Of a DNA stretch of 64,000 nt, positions 45,284-54,893 are shown one piece after another. Source of the stretch: Minisyncoccota bacterium (GTDB taxonomy: Bacteria; Patescibacteriota; Minisyncoccia; Phycocordibacterales; SW-6-46-9); NCBI GenBank assembly GCA_040905385.1, contig JBBDRP010000002.1:523526-587525 (forward strand). The letters are read 5' to 3'. How positions within the stretch are numbered: position 1 is the first letter of the stretch; each line of letters opens with the position of its first letter. Under the pieces are notes generated by a model, which saw nothing but the letters and a program-made list of their open reading frames with translations, was not told the origin of the DNA and did no database searches. The position numbers were made by a program, and so were the translations under genes.

Positions 45284-45925
45284 TTATTTCTTTTCATCCG
45301 TCCATAAGTTGTTCCACCAATCCGATGGTGGCGTTTCATATATATCCTCTCCAAGTTTTTTAGCGCTATCTGTTTGTAATTTTTCTAGCTGTCGATTACC
45401 AGCACCAGCATCTCGACCTAATGCCTCATTCTTTTTTCCGTGTAGCCATACAGCTGCTTCTTTATTACCCTGCCATTCATACTCACGTAGTAAAAGAACC
45501 TGATCTAGCAAGTCCGCATCCTTGGCTACAATTGCTTCTCGTGTCTTTCTCTCCTCATACTCATCAGCTAAAGCCTTGATTTCAGGAAACGGTAGACTAC
45601 CAAGCTGTTCTTCGCGCACATCGTCTTCGTATTCCTTTACATACCGCTTATGGACCCAGTTGTGATCCCCAGTCCTCACTTCAGCCATGTCATGGAAAAG
45701 TGCCATCATTAATGTCTTGTATGGATCTATAGTTTCCATTTTAGCTAGAAACCACGCAATAACTGCCACACGAAATGAATGGGTAGCTATATTATCCGAC
45801 ATATCATTAGTCAAAAGAGTCTGTCGGTGCATACGAGGCAACTTTCGCATTGTGCCGACTTCGAACAAAAAATTAGCAATTCTTTTATGGTCACTACTCC
45901 TCATATCTCCAGATTCTTTATTCAT
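45284..45925 (-). CDS. HD-domain phosphohydrolase (YfbR-like)
   Basis: HSFRVA...ALFHDMAEVRTGD HD motif. Start chosen at MNKESGD to give an 8-bp overlap with the upstream gene. Confidence 0.75.
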   Translation of the reverse strand: MNKESGDMRSSDHKRIANFLFEVGTMRKLPRMHRQTLLTNDMSDNIATHSFRVAVIAWFLAKMETIDPYKTLMMALFHDMAEVRTGDHNWVHKRYVKEYEDDVREEQLGSLPFPEIKALADEYEERKTREAIVAKDADLLDQVLLLREYEWQGNKEAAVWLHGKKNEALGRDAGAGNRQLEKLQTDSAKKLGEDIYETPPSDWWNNLWTDEKK

Positions 45926-47570
45926 GATTCTTGGCCTTAATGTGCTGGCGAGCGTATGCCTTGGTACCGCCGACCTTCTTGCCGGGATTGAAGATGTTCT
46001 GCGGGTCAAAGATCTTCTTTACCTCCTCAAAAAGTGCGTATACTTCTTCCCCGTACATCTTTTCCAAAAATGGTGTACGCACAATACCGTCGTTATGCTC
46101 GGCTGTAATGGTGCCGCTGTAAGCCAGTACCAGGTCATAAAACTCCTCGGCAACTTCCATAATCTTGTCCTTCTGCGCGTCGGTCGTCAGATCCATGAGC
46201 GGAATAATGTGAAAGTTCCCGTTACCGGCGTGTCCGGCGATATTGACTGCAATGTCGTGCCCTTCAAGAATATCAATTGCCTGGGGTAGAAACTCCGGCA
46301 CATCCTCTGGAGCGATACAAAAATCCTCTACAAACGGGGCCGTCTGCTTGCCCTTCACGTGCTGACGTAACAGGTTAAAGCTCTGGCGCCGCATTACCCA
46401 GTACTTCTCCTGCTCTGGCTCGGAATACAGCGTCCGCGAGTACGCCGCAAATCCTTCGAGAATTTTCTCTACCTCGGCTGTCTTTTCGTTCAATTCTTCC
46501 TCAGTGTCCTCGGCCAGCTCGATAAGCAGAATAAGCTTCGGCATTCCCAGCATCTTGACGCCAATCCAGGCCTCGGGAAGAAATTTAAGCGCAAAAGAAA
46601 AGAAGTTCGATCCAACCTTACGGGCAATCTCGGGCATAAAACGCAGGCCCAGCTTTAGCGTCTGGTCATCAAAGGCCTCCAGACTGTCGGGGTCCAGCGG
46701 CAGGAGCTGGTTAACAAGGTCAGGCACCGCATCCCAGTCCTTGAAAAATACCGACACCAGTCGCGTATGTGGCTTCTTCCTTATCAGTCGCACATTAGCC
46801 TCGGTCATCATCCCGAGCGTCCCCTGGCTACCGACAAACAGCTGGCTCATATCAAACACATCAGTCTCGCGATCCCAGACATCCCAGAGCGCATACCCGG
46901 ATGAGTTCTTGGTCGTCGACGGCTTGGCGGCTTTGATAAGATCATAGTTATCCTCTAAAAGTGCGTGCATCCGTCGATAGATATCGCCGATAAAGTTATC
47001 TTCCTGCTTAACCCGTTCCAACTCATCACGGTTCATTGGTCCAAAGAGATACTCCTTGCCATCGGCCAGCACCATCTTGACCGCATTCACAAAATCACGC
47101 ATCTGTCCGTAGCGCAGCGTCTTCTCACCGCCACAGTTGTTCATTACCATCCCACCAAGCGCCGCAATCGACTTAGAGGCCGGGTACACCGGCATCGTCA
47201 AGTGGTCGGGTGTAAGCTTCTTTTCAAAATCTTGATAGTAAACACCTGGCTGCACCACCGCATGATTATCACCGAGCTCAATCACCGCATTCAGATGCTC
47301 GGTACAGGACATTATCAAAGAATCATTCAGCGGACCACCGGTCATGTCCGTGCCAGCCGACCGTCCCGTAACGGACAGATACGGACTCTCCTCCTTGTGC
47401 CGAGCGACATAGGAAACAATTTTTTCTACATCTTCGGATGATTCCGGAAAGACCACTGCTTCTGGATGCACCTGAAACAGACTGGTATCGCGACTAAAGG
47501 TATCACGGGTCTTCTCGTCAGCTCGAACCGTCACACCGGTTTCTTTTGTGATTTGCTTAATATCCATCAA
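45918..47570 (-). CDS. FAD-linked oxidase (GlcD/D-lactate dehydrogenase family)
   Basis: FAD_binding_4 pattern near the N-terminus; C-terminal oxidase domain. Confidence 0.8.
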   Translation of the reverse strand: MMDIKQITKETGVTVRADEKTRDTFSRDTSLFQVHPEAVVFPESSEDVEKIVSYVARHKEESPYLSVTGRSAGTDMTGGPLNDSLIMSCTEHLNAVIELGDNHAVVQPGVYYQDFEKKLTPDHLTMPVYPASKSIAALGGMVMNNCGGEKTLRYGQMRDFVNAVKMVLADGKEYLFGPMNRDELERVKQEDNFIGDIYRRMHALLEDNYDLIKAAKPSTTKNSSGYALWDVWDRETDVFDMSQLFVGSQGTLGMMTEANVRLIRKKPHTRLVSVFFKDWDAVPDLVNQLLPLDPDSLEAFDDQTLKLGLRFMPEIARKVGSNFFSFALKFLPEAWIGVKMLGMPKLILLIELAEDTEEELNEKTAEVEKILEGFAAYSRTLYSEPEQEKYWVMRRQSFNLLRQHVKGKQTAPFVEDFCIAPEDVPEFLPQAIDILEGHDIAVNIAGHAGNGNFHIIPLMDLTTDAQKDKIMEVAEEFYDLVLAYSGTITAEHNDGIVRTPFLEKMYGEEVYALFEEVKKIFDPQNIFNPGKKVGGTKAYARQHIKAKNHE

Positions 47571-47574
47571 TTGG

Positions 47575-48597
47575 TTATGAATTATCGGCCGCCTTCTTTA
47601 CATGCTGCAGTAATGTATGCGAGTACCCCATCTCGTTGTCATACCAGGCCAGCACCTTCACCAGCTCACCACCAACCACGCGCGTCATGGACAGATCCAC
47701 GATCGAGGCATACGGCTGGCCAATAATGTCAGTAGACACGAGGTCTTCATCTGTTACCGCAAAGACATTCGACCACTGATCAGTGTTCGCAGCAGTCCGA
47801 AGCAGATTATTTACCTCCTCAACAGTTGTCTCAGTTTCGGAGACGAAGGTAATATCAGCCACAGATCCACACGCTACCGGCACCCGCAACGCGATACCGT
47901 CAAACTTATCCTGGAGATCCGTAATCACCTTCGTGGTTGCCTGAGCAGCACCGGTTGATGATGGGACAATGTTCTGTGCGGCGGCGCGTCCTCGGCGTGG
48001 CTTCTTGTTCGGGCTGTCTACTAGATCCTGGCTCGACGTATAGGCGTGCACGGTGTTCAGCATTGCATACTTGATACCAAGCATCTCATTAAGAACTGCC
48101 ACCACACCACCGCCGGCGTTGGTAGTACAGGAGGCGTTGGAGGTCACCTTGGTCGTTTCAAGCTCATTATCATTTACTCCCATCAATATTGTGCTGCTAA
48201 CACCTTCTTCTGGCTCACCCTTAGCAGGGGCAGAAATTACAACTCGTTTAGCACCAGCAGTAACGTGCTGAGCTGCATCCTTGTAGTCAGTAAAGAAACC
48301 AGTTGATTCCACCACCACATCGACCTCATGCTCACCCCACGGAAGATCCTCTGGAGACTTCTCGGAGAGATACGGAATCTTTTGATCATCAATAACAAGG
48401 GCTAATTCATCGCCACTTACCTCCACAGAGAAAGGAGCCCGTCCGTGGACTGAGTCGTACTTTAGTAAGTAGGCCAGATTATCAATCGGAGCGAGATCAT
48501 TAATCGCCACCACTTCCACTGAATCATCCTGCTGCGCGAGGCGAAAAAAAGCTCGTCCAATTCGACCAAATCCATTAATTGCGATGCGATGTGACAT
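47575..48597 (-). CDS. gap: Glyceraldehyde-3-phosphate dehydrogenase
   Basis: INGFGRIGR; active-site ASCTTN. Confidence 0.92.
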   Translation of the reverse strand: MSHRIAINGFGRIGRAFFRLAQQDDSVEVVAINDLAPIDNLAYLLKYDSVHGRAPFSVEVSGDELALVIDDQKIPYLSEKSPEDLPWGEHEVDVVVESTGFFTDYKDAAQHVTAGAKRVVISAPAKGEPEEGVSSTILMGVNDNELETTKVTSNASCTTNAGGGVVAVLNEMLGIKYAMLNTVHAYTSSQDLVDSPNKKPRRGRAAAQNIVPSSTGAAQATTKVITDLQDKFDGIALRVPVACGSVADITFVSETETTVEEVNNLLRTAANTDQWSNVFAVTDEDLVSTDIIGQPYASIVDLSMTRVVGGELVKVLAWYDNEMGYSHTLLQHVKKAADNS

Positions 48598-48644
48598 AAA
48601 AAAATACGGTGATTACGTTAGTAGTGACTCTATTGTATCACTCT

Positions 48645-49295
48645 TTACGTGTCATCAATACGAAAAACCTTCCCAAGCAATCCATTCTTTACCCACTGGT
48701 GCATATACCGCCGATACAAAAGAAATAACCCGAGAATTCCAGCAAAAATAAGACTAGATTCAAACAGCATCTTTTCTGGATTAGTAATAACATTTCCAAA
48801 GTAAAACCCCGTCGCAATAATTGCCGCCGACCAGATTGGCTGCGCAATCAGAATCGGAGCATAAAACTTTTTTGTCGGAATACGAGTAACACCCGCCATC
48901 ATCACCACAAACTGAGACAGGAGATTTATCGGCGCCAATCGTGAAAATAGCATCAGTGAGAAGTAATTATCCTGAAACTTTTCTCGCCACTGCTCGTCAG
49001 CTTTATTAAGCAGTACATCAAGTCGAGCCGTTATCCATCGACCAAGCTGGTTCTTTTTAAATTTTCGGTTCCCATTCCGAAATAAGAAATACAATACTGA
49101 ATCACTAATAAGGGTTCCAATTACATACAAAAAGAAAACTGGCAGGAACGCCAGTAGCCCCAGAGATATGAGTACACCAGAAATAATGCCGGTTACTGGA
49201 CCTTCGACAATGAAAAGAAAAAGCAGGGCGATGTAGCCATACTGCGATATCCAGTAGGGCAGCTCCGAACCTAAAACTGTAAGTGATGGATCCAT
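48645..49295 (-). CDS. DedA/SNARE-associated membrane protein, paralog 1
   Basis: WISQYGYIALLFLFIVEGPVTG...; tandem paralog of the next gene. Confidence 0.6.
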   Translation of the reverse strand: MDPSLTVLGSELPYWISQYGYIALLFLFIVEGPVTGIISGVLISLGLLAFLPVFFLYVIGTLISDSVLYFLFRNGNRKFKKNQLGRWITARLDVLLNKADEQWREKFQDNYFSLMLFSRLAPINLLSQFVVMMAGVTRIPTKKFYAPILIAQPIWSAAIIATGFYFGNVITNPEKMLFESSLIFAGILGLFLLYRRYMHQWVKNGLLGKVFRIDDT

Positions 49296-49319
49296 GTACT
49301 TTTCATTTTATATCAAAAA

Positions 49320-49982
49320 CTATGCCGAATCCTTTTTCGTGCCCACAAACTGGGTAAACTCACGTTTGATATGATCATGCAGATAGTGGTAGTAAAGACC
49401 AATCAATACCAAGGCTAGGAGGGTAAAGACGCCAGCTTCATTAAGTAACTTAGCCGGATTCTGAATGGTATCACCAAGATAGTAGCCGGAAGCTATAACG
49501 ACCCCACTCCAGAATGGCTGACCAATAATAATTGGTGGGTACACCTTGCGCAGCGGAATCCGTAAAGCACCTGCCACTGCGGCCACCGTCTGCGATGAGG
49601 CTGGAAGCGGAGCCAGCTTTGCCAAAATCATAATCGGAAAGAAATGTCGGCGAAACCGGTCTGCCCACTCTGGCTCCTTGGCTCTATCCTCACCGAGATA
49701 ATCAAACTGCTGAAGTGGTTTGTGAATAAATGGTACCTTCTTTAACCAACCACTACGATTGAAGGCTAAAAAGTACACGATGGTATCGGTGATGGTTGTG
49801 CCGATCACATACATTAGAAAAATTGGCAGTGGCTCGAGCGCACCTAGTGATATCAAAATTCCGGAGGTAAAGCCAACCGAAGCGCCTTCGATAATAAAAA
49901 GCGGCAGAAGGATAAAGTAACCATACTGGGAGATCCAGTGTAGTATCTCCACTCCTGCCGCTGTTGTTGTGGCAATATCCAT
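49320..49982 (-). CDS. DedA/SNARE-associated membrane protein, paralog 2
   Basis: WISQYGYFILLPLFIIEGASVG... Confidence 0.6.
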   Translation of the reverse strand: MDIATTTAAGVEILHWISQYGYFILLPLFIIEGASVGFTSGILISLGALEPLPIFLMYVIGTTITDTIVYFLAFNRSGWLKKVPFIHKPLQQFDYLGEDRAKEPEWADRFRRHFFPIMILAKLAPLPASSQTVAAVAGALRIPLRKVYPPIIIGQPFWSGVVIASGYYLGDTIQNPAKLLNEAGVFTLLALVLIGLYYHYLHDHIKREFTQFVGTKKDSA

Positions 49983-50002
49983 TTACGAATTACCTAGGTT
50001 AA

Positions 50003-50341
50003 CTATCGCGCCTTTATTAGCTCCTGGGCTACCGTATCGGCCATAATGTCACCATGACTAGCGTGATAGACTGCCTCGCGATTGCGAATAATTAAGATCT
50101 GCGGTGACTCATGCTTCACCTCAAGCTCCTCAGCAATCAAATCCGAGATCTCGCGTGCATTCTGCACAATCACAATGTACATACTCTCAGATACAACATC
50201 CTGACGATCGAGTTTCTTTATTCGTTTGTGGGCCTCGGCACTCACCGGGCAGGAGTTTGAGTGCTTGAAGAGAATTACAGGCTGGTCCTCGGATTCGCTG
50301 AGTACCTTTTCCCATACCTCCGGCTTGTGTAATGATTTCAT
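50003..50341 (-). CDS. Thioredoxin-fold monothiol protein (YtxJ/DUF2847-like)
   Basis: FKHSNSCPVS CxxS motif; ~110 aa. Confidence 0.55.
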   Translation of the reverse strand: MKSLHKPEVWEKVLSESEDQPVILFKHSNSCPVSAEAHKRIKKLDRQDVVSESMYIVIVQNAREISDLIAEELEVKHESPQILIIRNREAVYHASHGDIMADTVAQELIKAR

Positions 50342-50419
50342 AGTGTAAATTAGTAACTAATATTTTCACGTACGTATTTATAATACAATATAAAAATACT
50401 TATATCAATCTCTCATCGG

Positions 50420-51742
50420 TTATAATTCAGAAACATCCCGAGGAAGAAAAATGTTCATTCCCCACTCCAGCATAGCTCGTAACTTAGCCCGAACACCGAT
50501 TGTGCTCATCAGATAGATGGATTTATACGCCATAGTAGCTAATAATCCAGAGAACTTAAGTGAACCAACCTGAGCGTATGTATGCCCTTTACCAAGCGAG
50601 ACTACTAGTCCCTTATCCTTCCAGTAAAAATCCTTTAGTGGTTGGCTACGGATGGAGTGAATCACATTAGCTGCCGCTTGCTTTCCTTGTCGAACCGCAA
50701 ATTGCGCTCGCATCGGATACGTCCCTTCTACGCCACGATCAACCCAACACTGGTCGCCAGCAACAAAAACATTAGGATAGTTTTCCGTATGCAAGGCCTC
50801 AGTAACATAAATTCGGCGCGTCTGTTCGTGTAGTAGTACTGACTTCTGAGCAGTAATACGAAACTCTCGAGCCTGCACACCGGCCACCCAGATAACACAC
50901 TTGCTAGAAATAAAAGCATCATCAACACTAACACCATCAGATTGAACATTAGTCACGTAGCGATTCGTAACCACATTCACATACTGTTTCTTTTTCAAGG
51001 CCGCATATGCTCGCTCAGCAAACCAGGAATCAAGACCTGTTAGGAGTCGATCACTGCCCTCAAGAATCGTAATTAGAGCTGAACCAATTAGTTCAGGAAA
51101 AGCTGTGGCCATCTCATGATTAAAGAGATCAGCTATCTTGGCTGCCAGTGTCACGCCGGTCGGTCCACCCCCAACAACGACAAAGTGTAGTAGCTCCTGC
51201 TGCTGGTGAATATCCGACTCCATAGAGGCGGCTTCGAAGTGATTAATTAATTTATTTTTCAGTGTCTGGGCATCTGCCAGCGTTTTTAAGGTGTACGCAT
51301 TTTCTGCAGCTCCCGGCGTATTATGAAAATCTGTCTCGGAGCCAATACTAGAAATGAGGTAATCATAAGAAATGGTAATCTCTTTATCCTGATTACTTCC
51401 CGATACCGACGAATCCTTAGGCAGATAATTGATTGTTTGGTTATCAAAATCAGCCTGATCTACTATTCCTTGCAGAAAATGAATCTGATCTTCCTCGATC
51501 ATAGTCCGGACAGACTGCCGTACACTCGACGGTGCCAAGTTACCAGCCACCACCTCGTATATCATCGTGACGTAAAGCAAATGATCGGTATTTGAAAGCA
51601 GTACAATCTCAAGATTATCATTCGACTTTGCCCGCTTTACGAGTTCGCACACCGCATGAATTCCCGCATAACCGCTTCCAATTACTACAACCCGATGAGT
51701 ATCATCATAAGGCTTCGTGTCAGTTGCATTCTTCGTTGACAT
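50420..51742 (-). CDS. Type II NADH:quinone oxidoreductase (NDH-2)-like flavoprotein
   Basis: Two dinucleotide-binding motifs: VVIGSGYAG and VVVGGGPTGV. Confidence 0.75.
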   Translation of the reverse strand: MSTKNATDTKPYDDTHRVVVIGSGYAGIHAVCELVKRAKSNDNLEIVLLSNTDHLLYVTMIYEVVAGNLAPSSVRQSVRTMIEEDQIHFLQGIVDQADFDNQTINYLPKDSSVSGSNQDKEITISYDYLISSIGSETDFHNTPGAAENAYTLKTLADAQTLKNKLINHFEAASMESDIHQQQELLHFVVVGGGPTGVTLAAKIADLFNHEMATAFPELIGSALITILEGSDRLLTGLDSWFAERAYAALKKKQYVNVVTNRYVTNVQSDGVSVDDAFISSKCVIWVAGVQAREFRITAQKSVLLHEQTRRIYVTEALHTENYPNVFVAGDQCWVDRGVEGTYPMRAQFAVRQGKQAAANVIHSIRSQPLKDFYWKDKGLVVSLGKGHTYAQVGSLKFSGLLATMAYKSIYLMSTIGVRAKLRAMLEWGMNIFLPRDVSEL

Positions 51743-51748
51743 AAAAAA

Positions 51749-52213
51749 CTAAGCGTCTTTATTATTTTCTAAACGAGGCTTGATGAAGAGAGCTGCAATC
51801 CAAACACACAGCGTTGAGATGAAGGACAGAAGACAGAACTGACAGAAAGCCTCGATCTCCCAGATCTGTAGATACAGAAACCAGAAGGACATCATCATCC
51901 CAATGGTGGCAACCGCAAGCAGTCCACTGTGAGAGATCCGGTCACGCCTGAAAAAGAATACGGTAAGCAGCGTTAGTAGTGTGGCGTAGTAAAGTACTCC
52001 CAAGACAGAGACAGGTATCCCAAAGATTGTCGCCCAGGAGCTGGCTAGTACCGTACTACAGCCATCAATTATATTGCAGACAACAGGTACTGATGAGTAG
52101 TGACTGATCGTTAGATAAACCGAGTCCCCAAAGCCTATCAAAATAGCTAGAAAGGCCACACCGATGAATATGTACTGCTTCTGTGTAGAGAAAAATTTAG
52201 GCATCGATATCAC
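51749..52213 (-). CDS. VKOR-family membrane protein (vitamin K epoxide reductase / DsbB analog)
   Basis: Loop cysteines CNIIDGC and a TM-embedded CQFC; 4-5 TM. Confidence 0.6.
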   Translation of the reverse strand: MISMPKFFSTQKQYIFIGVAFLAILIGFGDSVYLTISHYSSVPVVCNIIDGCSTVLASSWATIFGIPVSVLGVLYYATLLTLLTVFFFRRDRISHSGLLAVATIGMMMSFWFLYLQIWEIEAFCQFCLLSFISTLCVWIAALFIKPRLENNKDA

Positions 52214-53102
52214 ATACGTTATAAAGCGCAGCTATGTCTTCCTGGCTCAACTCAACATCATCAAGTGACTGATCCTCCATCAAGTAGTACATAACCGAGT
52301 CTGTGCTGGAGACGTGACCAATGCCAAGTGCATGGCCAAATTCATGCACCATTGCCAGCTTGAGATCATCATGTCCTTCAAACTGATACACATTTATCAT
52401 ATCACCAGTATAGGTTGCCTGACTAAACTCCTGCGGGGAACCAAAACGCTGGGAAAAGGTCGTGGCGGTCTGGTTGTACTCATCAGCAACAACATTTCCA
52501 CGATCAGCTAATTCATTTACTTGCTCACGAAGTACTTCCAAATCCTGCTGCTGACTCTCGAGCTGCTGAAGCTGCTGACGTAGTTGTTCCTGCTCAGTCA
52601 CCAACTCCTCGCGGACATCCTTCGGGGCACCGCCACGCTCATTCCACTCGCGGACGGTCTGGTTATACGCCTCGAGATCAGCTTCGTACGCATCCAAATT
52701 ATCCTCATATGAAGATAGTCGAGCATCATACGCTGAACTAGCCTCCTTATAAGCATTGATAATTTCACTGTGTGAAGCCTCGAGGTTAGATAGCGTATCC
52801 TCATATGAGTTAGCAGTCTCGGTAGTCTGCTGTCGGTGATCAAACTCAAAATTTACCGTAAAATCCGCATTTTCATCGTACGTAAATAATTCTCGATCAA
52901 TCGGTTCCTCCCAAACATTCTCGGCCTCCTGAAGCAAGTTCATAACCGTGCTTGTCGCAATACCGAAACGATCATCAATAACACCAATTCGATACAGAAT
53001 CGGCTGTGTGCACGGACCGGCAAACAATCGACTTGATGACAGGCCAGAGATCGTGGCTATGGTAAGAACTCCGATAAGTATGTATGTACCGATCCGATGC
53101 AT
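52197..53102 (-). CDS. Metzincin (matrixin/M10-like) zinc metalloprotease with a coiled-coil region
   Basis: HEFGHALGIGH; Met-turn SVMYY. Start chosen at MHRIGTYIL to avoid overlap with the next gene. Confidence 0.7.
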   Translation of the reverse strand: MHRIGTYILIGVLTIATISGLSSSRLFAGPCTQPILYRIGVIDDRFGIATSTVMNLLQEAENVWEEPIDRELFTYDENADFTVNFEFDHRQQTTETANSYEDTLSNLEASHSEIINAYKEASSAYDARLSSYEDNLDAYEADLEAYNQTVREWNERGGAPKDVREELVTEQEQLRQQLQQLESQQQDLEVLREQVNELADRGNVVADEYNQTATTFSQRFGSPQEFSQATYTGDMINVYQFEGHDDLKLAMVHEFGHALGIGHVSSTDSVMYYLMEDQSLDDVELSQEDIAALYNVCDIDA

Positions 53103-53121
53103 GGTCGCGATTATATCATTT

Positions 53122-53838
53122 TTACCTGCTTCGATGGAAATTTTCGGCCATTTCATAAGCATCCTGGGCCTGTGACACCGTCACTCCTGTCCCGTTACTG
53201 CCGGAGTACATTAGATTTGATTTATCATCCACATGTCCGAGACCCAAGACATGACCAACCTCATGAGCCAGCGTTCGAAAGTCATAACCGGTCGTGTGCT
53301 CGGCCACCGCCACGGTATCTCGTCCTGAGAAAGCGATGCCATTCAGGCCGCCAAGCCCAGGGGTAACCACCACATACAACTCATCTGTCTCCATCCGCGG
53401 AAGAATCCTCTCTAACCTACCAGGATTTGCCACCAGCTCCGGTCCAGAAATATCAAGCCTGTCAACTGAAATTTCTTCAACACTGACAGGAGACAACTCA
53501 ACTGCCATCTGTGCTAGCAGTTGATTAGCATTCTCTACCAGACGCCGTGGTCGGTCCGGGTCATCCGTGGGATTACTAGCCAGCACATAGACCATCGTAG
53601 GAATCGATCGAAGTGGTGCTTGGATAACCGAGCTGTACTCACGTACCGCAATATCAGCCGGTGTCTCACCAAATCGCAGATACTGATGTCCGCCAAACAG
53701 ATACAGCATTGACAGGATGAAAATTCCGGCTATCACCGCCCGGACAATTTTACCTACCGTAGAGCGCGGTCGGATAGGTTCCGGATCCTGCTCTAGTGGT
53801 GTCGTATTTTCGGTATGCGTAATGTTGTAATCACTCAC
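53122..53838 (-). CDS. Metzincin zinc metalloprotease, second tandem copy
   Basis: HEVGHVLGLGH; Met-turn NLMYS; TM anchor. Confidence 0.7.
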   Translation of the reverse strand: MSDYNITHTENTTPLEQDPEPIRPRSTVGKIVRAVIAGIFILSMLYLFGGHQYLRFGETPADIAVREYSSVIQAPLRSIPTMVYVLASNPTDDPDRPRRLVENANQLLAQMAVELSPVSVEEISVDRLDISGPELVANPGRLERILPRMETDELYVVVTPGLGGLNGIAFSGRDTVAVAEHTTGYDFRTLAHEVGHVLGLGHVDDKSNLMYSGSNGTGVTVSQAQDAYEMAENFHRSR

Positions 53839-53841
53839 AAG

Positions 53842-54426
53842 TTATTTTGTTACCGAGCGAATAACTCCCTCCAGAATGTAGCCCTTTTGCTGGGAAACAG
53901 AGATAAATCGGCTGGCGGCAACATGCTCCGTAATCTGAGTTGCCACCTCGTTGCTGGATGCCGAGCTTGCCATCCAGCTCCACCACGCATCATTATTAAC
54001 GGTCGGAGAAACAGAACTGCCGTCAATTGCAATACGTATCTCATGCTTCAGCTTCTTGGGAATAAAGCCTAAAATTCGGGCCTGCCCGTACAGATCTATC
54101 TGTATCTCCTTATCATCCAGTGCAAGAGACTCAATCGGCTGAGTAAGCATCAGATGGCGTGCATACAGCAGAAGTAGATCCGCATTTAAGGCCTGTCCCG
54201 GACCGATATCAAGCTCTGCAATCCCGGACGGAGAGCTGTAAATACGCCGAGTAATACCTGACTTTATCTCCATAGTACCGTGCTCAATATCTTCATCAGC
54301 AGAGAAATCGGTCGAGGCTCCGACTATAGGGTTCATTGTGGTGGTTGTCGTGCTCTGTGCGTCAGATATGACTGGCGCCATCATAATACAGAGAAGGACG
54401 AGTATGGTTGTATATATAATTTTCAT
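53842..54426 (-). CDS. Hypothetical secreted protein
   Basis: Signal peptide; adjacent to the tandem metzincins. Confidence 0.5.
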   Translation of the reverse strand: MKIIYTTILVLLCIMMAPVISDAQSTTTTTMNPIVGASTDFSADEDIEHGTMEIKSGITRRIYSSPSGIAELDIGPGQALNADLLLLYARHLMLTQPIESLALDDKEIQIDLYGQARILGFIPKKLKHEIRIAIDGSSVSPTVNNDAWWSWMASSASSNEVATQITEHVAASRFISVSQQKGYILEGVIRSVTK

Positions 54427-54444
54427 GAATATCGTAATAAGTTA

Positions 54445-54837
54445 TTAGTTATTACTGCTGCTGATCTGGCCATCAACGACGGTTGCCTCTTTTATATCCT
54501 TCGGGCGGTGATTATTTGTCTCGAAATTCTTGAGCTTCTTTTTGATCTCCGACCACAGCCACCAGGCGACAGCAGCCAGTAGTATTATCGTCCCTCCTAC
54601 CAAAAATAGTATAATTTGTGCTGCTAAAAATGGGCCGCCCCAGAGATCTGTAAAGGAAAGAACAGCCAAAAGTCCAATTACGCTAAGTGTCCAGAAGCCA
54701 TAGTACAGTGAATACGCAATTAGCTTCTCCTTGAGAAGCTTACGGCTTGCCTGCAAAAGATTGCTATCCTCACTAGTTGCCTGTTTCCTAGCCTGATGTA
54801 TGAAATCCTTAGTTGTAAAAATACTGCTAAATTTCAT
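54445..54837 (-). CDS. Hypothetical membrane protein
   Basis: Two TM segments. Confidence 0.45.
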   Translation of the reverse strand: MKFSSIFTTKDFIHQARKQATSEDSNLLQASRKLLKEKLIAYSLYYGFWTLSVIGLLAVLSFTDLWGGPFLAAQIILFLVGGTIILLAAVAWWLWSEIKKKLKNFETNNHRPKDIKEATVVDGQISSSNN

Positions 54838-54893
54838 GATGTGTAGTATAACAAGTTGTGCATCTATCTAAGGTTTCTAAAAACTGGTCTGCT

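Noticed and set aside
44826-46289. 225-aa and 200-aa plus-strand ORFs antisense to the rpiB, HD-domain and FAD-oxidase genes
   Set aside because: They run antisense to three well-supported minus-strand genes. Their translations are low-complexity.
46504-47441. 147-aa and 158-aa plus-strand ORFs inside the FAD-linked oxidase gene
   Set aside because: Antisense to a motif-supported gene. Their Ser/Arg-rich composition is typical of spurious frames.
52948-53366. ORFs 52948-53175 and 53097-53366 between the two metzincin genes
   Set aside because: They are antisense to, or overlap, the protease genes. The small overlap between the protease ORFs is resolved by choosing an internal Met start for the first protease.
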